Source: Balanoglossus misakiensis (lineage: Eukaryota; Animalia; Hemichordata). Taken from it: a stretch of 64,000 bases of DNA. The stretch covers positions 1,501,908-1,565,907 of the forward strand of contig CM082579.2 in NCBI GenBank assembly GCA_040954595.2. Direction: 5' to 3'. The notes beneath the pieces were generated by a model, which was given only the letters and a program-made list of their open reading frames with translations, made no database searches and was not told the origin of the DNA. Position numbers and translations under genes: made by a program. This document shows positions 1 to 12,700 of the stretch, one piece after another; the stretch's first letter is position 1, and every line of letters starts with the position of its first letter.

Positions 1-34
1 CGGTGTATAATTGAGAGATATCTCTAAGTACCTT

Positions 35-81
35 GTAGCCATGACAACGTTTCAATAACAGGGCGGATTATGAATATTCAT
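35..81 (+). promoter_or_regulatory. Probable TRPC promoter elements: RFX X-box-like GTAGCCATGACAAC (35-48), GC box GGGCGG (61-66), palindrome ATGAATATTCAT (70-81, POU-dimer-like)
   Basis: Motifs read directly from the sequence. They cluster ~200 nt upstream of a perfect splice donor at 272/273 in CpG-rich sequence. Function is inferred. Confidence 0.4.
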
Positions 82-99
82 TAGACGCGAGCTGAGAAG

Positions 100-272
100 G
101 ATACGTGGTTGAAATCGGCTTTCGACGAGGTAACCAATTTACTGTCGCTTTCGCGTATATTTCCTCCTGAGTCTGCAGTGACTGGTCAGTGTCGGGCGGC
201 AAATTCGTCCCGGATATTTCGATCAGCGAACAAATGACGCCGGCTTTTTGTCAACACAAGAAAGAGACACAG
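100..272 (+). other. Probable non-coding first (5'UTR) exon of the TRPC gene; 5' end approximate
   Basis: Consensus donor CAG|GTAAGT at 272/273. The next clear acceptor is tttttgttgcgtttcag|(6764), 31 nt before the TRPC ATG. No credible coding ORF lies in between. Confidence 0.5.
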
Positions 273-3200
273 GTAAGTTGGCAACGACAGCTCCTTCTAG
301 TTTTCTTCTCCACTCACTTCTCTGTGTTTACCCTGATGTGTCAATATCGAGAACATCAACGAGAGAAAAAACGTGTCTATCATTTATATTTTATGACAAT
401 AGGTTTTCTTTTGCGGTCCGTTCTTAGCCGTCTACTCTGCACACGACAAAGCGTTTCAAAAAGTATACCAGGGTAAACGCACCTGGTGAGAAATTTCTGG
501 CCATTTTTCCGGCATCCGTTTATAAGGTTGGGTCTTTCGCCGACTATGTTGGATACAAGTCTATCTATCTGTCTGTCATTTCATTCTGATTTCATATTTT
601 GATTGCTGCAATATTCTACACCGTTTATAATATTTTTTCATGTCGGAAAGTTTCAAATAGAGTCTTCCCCGCTCCATTATAGCCCGAACTTAGTTGATCT
701 GTTACTGTATGAATTATTTCAAGACTATTCTATTAGTTCAATAAGTGACTGTGCCAGTGTGTCTCCCTGTTTTAAAGCTGAATCGTTTTTGCATGTTGAT
801 GACCAAAAGTATCATCTAATCTTCGGGTTTTTGTTTTGAATTCCCGTCACTAAGCTATATTGCCTTTGAAAATGTTATTTCTATCATAGACATGGATTGG
901 GTTGGTCAAATTCAGGTGATTACTCGTGCGTGCAGACAGTGTCATTTTTGTCTCGTTCACACAAATAACTATTCCGTACTGGTAACGCCCGACAAGGCGA
1001 TCGGTTAATGACGATACTGCGTTTTAATTACGTGCGTTTAAAAGAAATATACGACTAGATGACACGATGATTAATTGTCTGTGCAAAACATATATGAATA
1101 TATTTTCTAATCACTAGTTTATATATATTGAACGTCAGCGCCATTTCCCAAACGCTTGCGCTGTCCCCCCCCCCCCGTAACGAGAACAAACGACTTAATC
1201 CTTCCTGAGAATCCACCTTTAAATCCACTCTTCACTAAAAACCAACAAAGCTTTCCAATCAATAATTTCACAGTGGCGATGGATAATTTAATGAGGAACC
1301 AGTCAGCCTTTATGTCAGGATTGTGTGAAAAGTGATAAAACCCTTCATCCGAGATGCGGGATTATTTTCTGGATGGTGTTAAACACAATGTGAGCGCAGC
1401 ATGACTGGTTAATCGGGCACACGTGACGTAATCAACGGTTTTTCTAACTTCAGGGCCTTCTTCGTTTTCATTCATGATCGATTGATGTATCATCGTTTTA
1501 ATAGTGCCTGATTTTGTTTCAGACCTTTGAAATATGTATGATTTTAGAAAGCGATCATGTCGACATTTGATATTGATTTAAGTATCCACAGCAACCTGAA
1601 CCTACTCTTACGACACGCGGCGACTGTGTACCACCGTTTCCACCTGGCTGAAATACATATTTTCCAATCATCGATTAGATCTTGCATTCTGCCGACTAAA
1701 CTCCTCGATTACACAATATAAGTCATTGTCAATAACACAGTCCCCGCGAATAAAGGCAACTCACAGTGTGCTGAATAGTTTACCCATAATGCAATTTACT
1801 AAGTCTGATTTGACCCCTTAGCTTGAAATTTAAAACATCTCAAGGTACCTAGCATGCGCAGTAGAAATAGTAAATTGACTCGCCTTGATAAAAGACATTT
1901 TTGTCACATAAGTATATACCAATATTTTCTGGATACAACGGATATTGCTACTGAATAAATTTATTAAACTCGAAGCATGCCGGCGGGGTCTGATTCTTGT
2001 CTACAGCACGCGGGATATCAAATTGCAAGAGCAAATCAATAAAATGCATTTGTTGAGGGAAATTTGCGATTTGGTGGTTCAGAAGGTTCAGATTGACGAA
2101 TTTTATATTCCATAAAAGTTGTGCTCAGTTTTTTTTAAAACGCTGTTGTATAAATGAATGTCAGATGAGAACGAGTGACTCGAGCAAATTCCGTCGTGAT
2201 TATCACAAAAGAACAACTCCTAACGTTTGGATGGCTATGATGAATCTACTTGATCGGCTAACTTTCATTTCTGCTCTTTCGGTTTATGCGCTTAGCCTTT
2301 GCTGGTCGCTTCACTAAACAACATGCAAATATATTATATATGCCTACTTTTACGAGTATTTCCGTGTGTAACCGAACGCCTCAAATTTACAAATCTGGGA
2401 TTTATGAGCAAATTGATGGGAATTATGTCTTTTGATGGCCTGTGTAACAGGTGTTGTTTCTCAGAGTGGGATTTGATAGGACTTTAATTCATAACATATT
2501 GAAATAACTATGAGCCATAAAACAAATCATCGGGAAATAACCACTTTCTCGTACCAACTCGTTTTGTTATTTAAAAATCATAAAATCTTCCAAACACGCG
2601 TGAACCATCGATGGAACTGTTGCATAATACTCAAAAAAACTTATCTGGTAAAATTCAGTGTTTTTATAGAAATCAAGTGACATATTGTCCCACTGACGGA
2701 GAGTGAAAATCTGTTTATCGGAAATCAACGGTAGAACCGGACCCGCCCGGCCGAGCAGTGCAGTGCCCAAGCTATCACGAACAGATGTTGGGCGGACAAT
2801 AGAAAAGAGATACCCTAGAGATCTGAAGCCGATCAATGGATTCGTCCTCGAAAAAGTGTGATTCTTCACTTCGTGTGAGAGAAAAAAATCGTTAATTTGT
2901 TTGACAATGTCTGATGTTTCTGCTCAATCCTCCTTATCTGTTTGCGACTCAGAGCTATACGTAACTCCAAACGTCATCTTGTTTTGACATTTCGTATGTG
3001 TGAAAAGGACAAAGACGTCGATAGGGAGACATTATTTTCGCAAAAAAATGGTGTCCTTTCCATAAGGAGCTTACCACTTATCACCTTTATAGCTGCTGTT
3101 GTTATTATAATTCGGCTGATCCTGGTTAGAACTGCGATGACAAAAACATCGTCCGAGTCTAAAGTTACTACCCTACGTCCAAGTTACGTACCCATATGCG

Positions 3201-3865
3201 ATATGTGATCAATACAGACCCTCAGTGTTCCGTCAGTAATGCATCAAATTATATCATTATTCACTCTACAAGTTAAACCACTTAAACACAACAACTGCAT
3301 TAAAAGAAACAACGAGCAAATAAACTCCCTGACAGCTAATTATACGAATGCGCCGCTGTGCAAAGCATGCATGACCTACATGTTGTCATGGTAACCAAGA
3401 TAACCATTCAAACTTTTCATTCGGCCGTGCCAATTACAAAATTCCTTGTTGTGTGAGACAAGTAATTCATTGGTTTCAATCTAAAAAGAATTCAATCATA
3501 CAGAATTCCATTCTCTCAGTAATTTCATTTTCCGTCTCCGACAATCTATTCATTTCATGACCCATTTAACTAACATTTGCCGCCTATTCCCTCATTCACA
3601 GCAAAAGATACAAAGAATCGTCCTTGCGCAAGTTGCCCTCGACAAAAAAGGAAATTCATGCCTTCCTGTTCATCTATATAAAACATCACTGTACTGACAA
3701 AAAGTGTGTGAATATTGCAACATGACAATTCAAATGAAAATGGCATTTTTCCGAGTACCAACAATACATACGTTTTAGTTTCATAAATTTTGTTATGTCT
3801 TACAGTAGTTTCATTTTTAGCCCCCGTGTTCACACAAGGACTTATGTCGTACCGATATATCTGTA

Positions 3866-3905
3866 TGTCTGTCTGTCTGACTGACTGACTGACTGACTGA
3901 CTGAC
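3866..3905. repeat. (GTCT)n/(GACT)n tetranucleotide microsatellite
   Basis: tgtctgtctgtctgactgactgact...gac read directly. Confidence 0.9.
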
Positions 3906-6794
3906 AATACAATATAAAGAAAGTGATTACTCGGAGCAGGTCGATAATCACGGCACCCGTGCTCCCAACTCAGTGAAACCCGTTTCATGTAATTTTGTTA
4001 CGTGTGCCACTGAATCAATCTCAGCTTTTGTCACTTTTCGTCTTCCAATCGAAGTAAGGCTTCCCCGTTTCCTTTCCAATTCAAAACAACGTCTTCAAAA
4101 TCCCACTTATCGTTCTAACTAAGCTCTTACTTCTACTTTAGTTACACCGAGAGTTTCCTGGCGATAATTCTCTATTATTGCCAGCGTGCCATCTCCCACA
4201 CTCATCCTAAATTCTTCCCTCTCTCTTTTTATCCCGGTCACGCACGCTTGAACGGAAACACGCACTTAGCTGTGGGGCGTAAACGGTCACAATAACGCCA
4301 TTACCACTTTCAAGACAATTATTAAATCTGCACATACATATGCACAGGAGGATTTTGGCGCGAAATAGCGAAAGGTGTCAATTACGTGCTTTTGTCATAT
4401 TCTGTGAACGTCTTTGCGAAAGGCGAACATAAATGTCGCTTTGGAAAAAATAGAGCGGGAAAAGTACGGTAGGGATTTAAAGTCAACGAAACGGTAATAT
4501 GAAAAATAACTATGCTGTATACGTCTAACCAGCGGCGGCAGCTCTGAACATTGTGGGCGATTATTTTTCTAGATTCCCCCAGGTCATCCTCCACTAAGGC
4601 CGAACTGCATGTCTTTGCCTTCTGTCGTTTTTATCAGTCACATTTTTCGAAACAAATAATGATCCTTGTTACCCCTAACAACGCCCCGAAGGATAGAATT
4701 AAAAGAGTATATATTGTGGATATGTGCAGTGAGATAATTAGAAATGGAGTGAAAGGAAAGTCATAGAAGACTGTGAATGTCTTCGTTGCCATGGTAATTT
4801 ATAGTGGGTAATCTCGCTTGGGGCCGTAGCTTGTGGCAACCAAGGTGGATACCACGTGACCCAGTTTACGCCTAAGAGATTTACTGTTAAACTGCTTCTT
4901 GTATTATTAAAGTTGGTCCAAATGTATAATGCATGATGATAATGCCACTGTGTTGCCATGTAGTTTTCATTAAAATGTAGACTCGAGAAACCCTATAACT
5001 AACATGTCTGTTTTGACAGTCATATTTTCTCCATTAGATCGGCACTATTGGCGGTTGCTAAATTACTCGATCGTCTACCTTAGTAATTCCTTTCGTCATA
5101 CATGTATTAAGAATACATACAAAATATTCAATCTTAAAAATGGCTTCATTTCACAGATCTGTAAAACGCTATCGGTGTTCGCTTGGCAGACGTTACTATG
5201 ACAGCATATCAACAGGTGTTAATATGAAGTTCTATTATTAACATCACATCATACGCGCGCACCAAAGGCGACATACATGTATGTCCCCATTAATACAAGG
5301 AAGGGCATTACATATCACAACTAAGAATTAGAAGGGGCCTGCAACTGCAAAATGTTGCATAATGGCCTTCCTGGCAAAAAATTTCGGATATTAAACCTTC
5401 AAATCGACCAAGCAATCGAAGGTGTGACCATTGTACTTATATACTTTGTCATCAAGGGTATGCGGGTATGTTGGCATTTCATTTCCCTTTTTACTGGTAG
5501 GACAGGAACTTATCTCGTTTTATGGCAGTGAAGCTGATCTGTGTCAGTCCTAAAGGACGGCTAAAGGAATAAGATCTCGAACGTGGGTGATTGACACAGC
5601 TTTGCGATTATGTTCTGGAACGAGGATGCCGACCACGCCCTTGCCATGTTTTTCATTTTCTTAGAACTTTCATTTCCGCGCCGAACTAATATGCCGTGTT
5701 CAGTTTATTCAGCAAATGGTTAGGTATAAAATTACACTTTCTGATTCATTTGCGGCCCGACTCAATCGATATATGAAGTCGCGTTTGTGCGTTGCGGTGT
5801 GTACAGATCAAATGCGTAATAATGAAATTCTGTTTTTAATGAGAACGACCATACTGAGCACTACGCCATAGACCTACGCATGTACGTTCCTATACAGAGA
5901 AGTATCCATCGTCTGAAACCCCTCTCTTTGTGTGTTATAGAAGGATAATGACTTGGGCACGGTATAGGGGACATTGCAATATAGAGTTTCATTTGATCAC
6001 GTACCTTATGCCAGGAGTTTCCCTTGAGCTCTTCATTGTGTCAGCCATGCATGTTTTGGGGTCCACCTCTCTCATATATGGGCGGCCTGAGTTTCACACC
6101 TGACAAGGAAATACACGTGAAATTCAGTTAATTTAAAATTAACATCATCAAAACAATACATATACATTTCTTCTCAGCTGCCCTCTTTGGTAAAACAAGG
6201 GCTTGGGCCATGGGTATTTTCTTTATTTCTCAGCAAACATGATGTAGATTGTTAATCGAAGAAAAAATCTCACTGAAAATAGACACTTTCCGTAAACTCA
6301 TAAACATGCACACTGTACTATGTCAGCGCATGCTAATTTCCTGTGGAGTCAGCAATGATCGACTGTGGCTCATTAAACCATATTGTGTGCTGTATTAATC
6401 GGCAACGCTAACAAATCCTCAAATTACACAACGACCGCCACAAACTAGAAAGAGAGTGTTCTCTATTACTGGATAATGAGCTGGGTCTACTTCCAATTGC
6501 TCTCGTCGATTTTCAAACTCAAAGGTCAATTAGAGCAAAGCAAACATTTCGAAGAAATTAAACGACACGCGAACTGCATGTACTCCATTTTAATCACTGT
6601 TAGAAGAGGAAGAAAGAGGAGAAAAACAAATCTGAAATCTTTCGAAATTTGTGAAACGTTTCGTTACAGCGACAAGATAATTGCGGATAAACCTGTGTTA
6701 GTGTCCACTTCTACTTAGTGGAAATTTGTCTACAGTGGCCACGTAATTTTTGTTGCGTTTCAGAAGTTTGTGAGCTAAGTCATCCCTCATCGCC

Positions 6795-9700
6795 ATGATG
6801 GAGCTGTCATCATCTACGTTGGAGCTGGTACCTCCAAGCTACGCCAACAGCCCGAATTTGCCAGTGCGGGGAATCAGCTCTCAGCTGAACGCGTACACAC
6901 ACGCATCGAAACGCTCCCCGTCTGTCATATCGGGGATAAGCAGTATACCCCTGCAGTTGTTCAGCGAGGGAAACAGACTCACGAGCAAGGAGAGATCTTT
7001 TCTAGAAGCGGCCGAGAAAGGAGACAAGGCAACCATACAGAGATGTCTGATGTCACCAGACCCGGTCAACGTCAATGTGGCTAATATTCTCGGCCGGAGT
7101 GCGTTGCAGATGGCCGTCGACAACGAAAACATCGAAATTGTTGAAATCCTGCTTGCACAGCCGAACGTTAAAATTGGCGATGCCTTGTTGTATGCAATCA
7201 GAGAGGGGGTGTACAAAATGGTAGAGATGATGGTGAACCACCCGAGCATCAGCCGGGAGATGCTGGGAGGAGAATGGAGCAAGATGACGAAAGGGCCAAT
7301 GGAGGAAAGTAGCGATTATTCGCCGGACATATCACCGGTCATATTGGCCGCTCACTGCAATCAGTTTGAGATTCTGCAGCTTCTGTTGACCCGTGGTGCT
7401 ACCATATCTCGGCCTCACACCGTCACGTGCAGTTGCGAGACATGCACGGCCAAACAGCACGAGGACAGTTTGCGTCACTCGCTGCACCGCATCAACACCT
7501 ACAAGTCCCTGGCCAGCCCAGCCTGGATCTCCCTCACCAGCAGTGACCCCATCCTGTCGGCGTTCAAGCTGAGCTGGGAGCTGGAACACCTGGCCATGAG
7601 GGAGAACGAATTCAAGGACGTCTATCAGGAACTGAGCAGCCAGTGTAAAACTTACGCCGTCGATCTGTTGGATCAGTGCCGCAGCTCCGAAGAAGTCATC
7701 GCCGTGCTGAACCGAGAAAACGACCCCGAAGACGAGTACGCCGAAGATGACGTCATGGCCGGGAAAATAACACTTTCTCGACTAAAATTGGCCTTGAAGT
7801 ACGAACAGAAACAGGTGGGTTGAGGCGTGAAACAGAATTATGATGTCAACCCATGCAGAGATGGAAATCACGCACTAATGACATAAAAACCTAAAACAAC
7901 GTTACAATTACGTAGTTTGAGGAACGTTTGACATCACTAATGGAATTTAATTGATTGAACTTAGTTCCTAAGTGCTATTTAAATTTAACAAATTTCTTCC
8001 TGTCCAGATATAATGAGAACAGACATGAATAGACTCTCTTATTCGTATGGTCAAAACTGAGCGCATACCATCAGGTCACCTTTGGGTAGTTGGATTAAAC
8101 TTACTCATAAAAACAAAAGTAACCCGCTAATGTCTGTTTTTTTCTTTTAGTTCGTCGCACACGCGCACACACAGCAACTTCTGACGTCGATATGGTACGA
8201 AGGATTACCCGGTTGGCGAAAACACAACGGATTTGTCAAACTTCTCATCTGTCTGGCGGTCATCATTCTCTTGCCTTTCATGGCAATCTATTATCTATTC
8301 TTTCCGCGAACCAAAGTAGGGCAGCTGCTCAGGACACCCTTTATGAAGTTCATGAATCACAGCATATCGTTTGGATTTTTCTTGCTCCTATTGGTGCTCG
8401 CCTCAACTGTGCGACTTCCGCCGTCCAATGATTTTTCGCCGGAGAATTACGAAGGAAGTCCACGAGGCCGGGAACCAAACGCCATTGAAATTTTAATAGC
8501 ATTTTGGGTTTTCGGTGAGTATTAAGTTGATGTTATAATTAATTAATGGATGGATCGATGAATAGATGTATATACGTATGTATTCATGTAATGTAGTCAT
8601 GAAAGTCTAACATTCTTCGTAGATGGATTTATATCAGTTGTCCTTAAAATCACACTACTTCAGAAATTCTTTACTATTCAACATAAAGTTGATAACATGC
8701 CGGCGGTCTTAAAGCACTGCATTTATTTTTTATAAACCCCATATCTCTTTTTACCAATCTCGGCATTTCGTACATCCTAGGGGGTCCCAAGGTCTATGGT
8801 TGTTAACAGCTTCTTCAGTTGATTAGGAGAAGAATCGCTAAAGTCTGATATTTCTATACCGACAAGATCAGACTCGCCGAAAGTAAATCTCATCCTCATT
8901 TATTCCCAATGGCCTTCCTGCGCTTTCGAACGGCTATTGACGTACGACAAAAGAGCGAAAAATGACCCGTAAAATTGACGGCGAGAGAAACGAATGAGTG
9001 TGAAAATCGATCACATCCCGGGATTTAACTGCCAGCTATGAAACTGATGGGGAAATTTATCCGCTGCGGTCGATACAATAAATGCAAGATGCTTTGCCTG
9101 AAAATGTTCAAGTTAGTTCTGGGTCACAATCATTACCCGAAAAGATAGAAAGGCTGACTATATCTTACTGAAGTAGCAGTCATCAATAAAAATTGTTTGT
9201 CATAATCCACGATAGGATCTTCTCCTTCTATATTAAGCAACTTCGCGTCCATGTGAGTTTCTTTCTGTTCAAAACCGACTTACAAATACTGTGGTTGATT
9301 TTCAGGTTTTATTTGGGGCGAGTGCAAACAACTATGGGAGGAGGGACTGAAGGCTTACATCAGACAGTGGTGGAATTGGTTAGACTTTATCATGCTGTCG
9401 CTGTACCTCTGCACGATATCGCTGCGGTTTGCCGCCTGGTGGCTAAGAGGCTCTGGCAAATACCCGGACCTGCGAAACAGCGAACAGCAGAGAACCAGTT
9501 GGCCCGGAGACGACCCGACTCTGATATCAGAGGGCGTGTTTGCAGTCGCTAATGTTTTTAGCTTCTTTCGTATCATTTACCTGTTCCAAGCGAACCCGTA
9601 TCTGGGACCGTTGCAGATCTCCTTGGGATGCATGCTGATTGACATTGCCAAATTCTTGTTCATATTTTTCTTGGTGTTGCTCTCGTTCGCCTGTGGACTG

Positions 9701-12700
9701 AACCAGCTTTACTGGTATCATGAATCGTCCATCCGTGATTCTGACGACACCTGTGACGTCAGCTCTCGACCGACCGTCTTTCTCAGGTACAGGCTAATCA
9801 TTTCTGTAGATGTTTTATTTTGTATGTGTTTCCGCTCTTTATTTTAACCGCAGCACAAACGGTGATTCCGTTTTGATAGGGGGTCATTATGGTTCAAATC
9901 AGACTTTTTTACCATTCATTACACAAAATTGAAACAAAGAGAATCTTTACCTTAATGAACTTCTGCCACGCATCTGGCAAGTGTTGTCAGGTGTAATGTT
10001 GGTGTTGCCTGTAAAAAATGAAGTATCTTGGTTATCATCCAAAAAAATCCCACTGTGACTATGACCCAAAAACTGGCTGGATAATTTGCCAGTTTGTTAT
10101 CGAAATAATTTGACATAGCCTAAAGTAACACCGCATTATATCTATATTGTGATCGTCAATCGAAATTCAATGTTCTAAGTTGAATGTTCTGGGTTGAAAA
10201 TCAAGTGCTACTTACTGCCAAAGTGGTACTAAAATGTGTACGTAATATGCTTGAAATTTTTAAGTTTTTGAAGAATTAGAGTTTATTGCCGAATCGCATG
10301 ACATCTTAATATTACAACCCCGAGTGAACGCAAAGAAAGCACGAAAAAAGGGTGGAAAAGTATGGTTTCATTTCGCTTTAAGTTCACTGACCGCACACCT
10401 GGGTCAACAATGCTCACCTATTAATTGTGCAGCTGTGTACACCTGGTCCTTACACCACCTGTTCCGTTCATGTCATGCGCTTTTTCAGTCTGGACAGTAC
10501 GATGCAGACGTTATTCTGGGCATTGTTTGGTCTGGTGAACATTGATGTCATCAGGCTTCAGATCCGAGGTCACCAGTACACAGAAACAGTCGGGGAGGCA
10601 TTACTGGCTGCCTACCACGTGGCATCCATTATCGTATTACTTAACATGTTGATAGCTATGATGAGTAACTCCTACCAAGAAATAGAGGTATAGTCGGGCT
10701 TTAGAACAGAAGGGAAAAAATAGACCAAATGTATCATTTATTAACGTTTCGTATGTTCCACACGAGAAGACAGTATGTTGAAAGATTTTTTTACACTGAA
10801 TTGTACCAATCTTCTGCAGAGATTAGCATGAAGCGGTCGTTTGGGCTTCCAATGCGGAAGACGGACACACTCATTAAAATATGGCCAATGAGATTAATCG
10901 TCTATCACATGGAAAAACAGACGGGAATATGATACATTTGGTCAAAAATAACTGTCCCTCTTTACATCAAGTCATTAAAAGCATTATCAGATAGAAGCTC
11001 AGACTATTAATGACTCAATCTCGAATGCGAGTGAATGGTGAATAAGACAATTGATGCTACATATCATAACAGGGACATTTAAAAAGCGTTAATGACAAGA
11101 ATTGATTATTATTAGTGGCTAAATTTTATATTATTGGAGATAATATGGATTATTTGTAAACGCCTCGTATTGTTAGGTCACCCAATAAATTATCCTGCAA
11201 AGGCATTATTGGGAAAGAATGAATAACAAAATCTCATTTACTTAATGATTCAAGCAATTTTCTCTTGTCTGTTCATATCTATCTGATACTGGTTTTGGTG
11301 ACCTGGTTACAAGTAGCTGTGAATACACAGCTCTACTGAGGCGGTGTATTAATATGACGTGTGTAAGGTCATTTTTTCCTGCTTACTGACCTTATACATG
11401 CCATAATACATAACTCCACCAGAGATGCATGTTCACAGCTAGGTTGGCAGTGGATTATTTTACACGTGCGTGGCTGTTGTATATCACGCCCTATGTGCTT
11501 GCTCATTAGTTTGACAGACACCTGCGTTACCTTGTTCTGGGCAGTATTCGGGATGGTGAAGCGTGATATGACCCAAATGGCTAACAACCTGGCCTTCACA
11601 CAGAGCATTGGTCAACTACTGTTGCTCCTCTGGAGTATGGCGTCGGTCATTGTACTTATCAATATGCTGATAGCCATGATGAGCCAGTCGTATCAACACA
11701 TCCAGGTAGGCGTGCTTGCAGAATATCCAACCAATCTAGGGGGTCTGTTAAGACCACCTAGCACCAAGAAGCGTGTCATTTAATAACCTCCGACCTAGGG
11801 AGTTTCAAATCCAAAACTATTCTACGTTATTAAAGCTGTACTGACTCTCTTTTCTTTAACGTAATAGTTCAATGAAGAGGGCCTGTAAAGAAGTTCCGTA
11901 AAGCATTGAGCTAGATTACACTTTCTAGGCAGATTTTCTGGGGGAAAAATGAAAGTCCTTTGGCCCTTTACAATCATTGGCTAAATAAGGTATACCCAGT
12001 CAATCTTTTTCCCCAAAAGGCTTAAGGGTATTCGTTATCTTGTTTTGAAGATAACCAAGTCTCCACTGTTTCGGTTTCCTCCATAAATTTTGCGGCAATT
12101 TGCCAGAAGGAAAATGTGAATGCACTTGTTCAAGAGTACATTATTTATGGACAATAAAGTAGACAACTAGATCGATCCATTTCCTGACATGACACTTCAT
12201 TGTCGATATTGTTAATTACTTCAGTATTGTTAATTGCTGAATTTTTCTTTTGATGAGCTGACAGAAATAAGAGTCAGTAAAGCTTTAAGTGGACACAAAC
12301 AATGGCACCACCCAGGGTATTATGTTAAGCATCAGTTTCCCTTGAGATGTTTGACTCAAGGAAAAATATCATATTGCAAAAAAATGAACATTTATGACAA
12401 GTTTAAGACAATGACAAAAGGAGGCATATTCTGCAAGCACACCTATTACTATCTGGAGCTCGAACCCAGGGTTTGTCAATGTTTATGTTCCTTGTCTTGT
12501 ACCATAATGTATCTCTTGTTATGAAAAGTGTGCATGCTCTTATTTTGTGTTATGTTTTATATTTAATAACTGTAATGTAGTGCTCCACAATTCAATATTT
12601 GACGTGACTTTTTGTAATAAAAAGAATAAAGAATGCTGCATAAATTATAGATGGCCACTTACCTCATTATATATCCACAGGACACGGCAATCTAAAAATC

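Noticed and set aside
273-6763. Many 60-100 aa ORFs upstream of TRPC
   Set aside because: No recognisable domains or exon chains; consistent with a long first intron.
6881-7589. Minus-strand ORFs of 133, 62 and 85 aa
   Set aside because: Shadow ORFs antisense to the GC-rich TRPC coding exon.
10489-11705. Exons A and B as an assembly artefact, or as two pore domains in one polypeptide
   Set aside because: The copies are highly diverged at DNA level with unrelated flanks, so this is not a false duplication. Joint inclusion frameshifts to TGA 11564-66 and there is no second S5.
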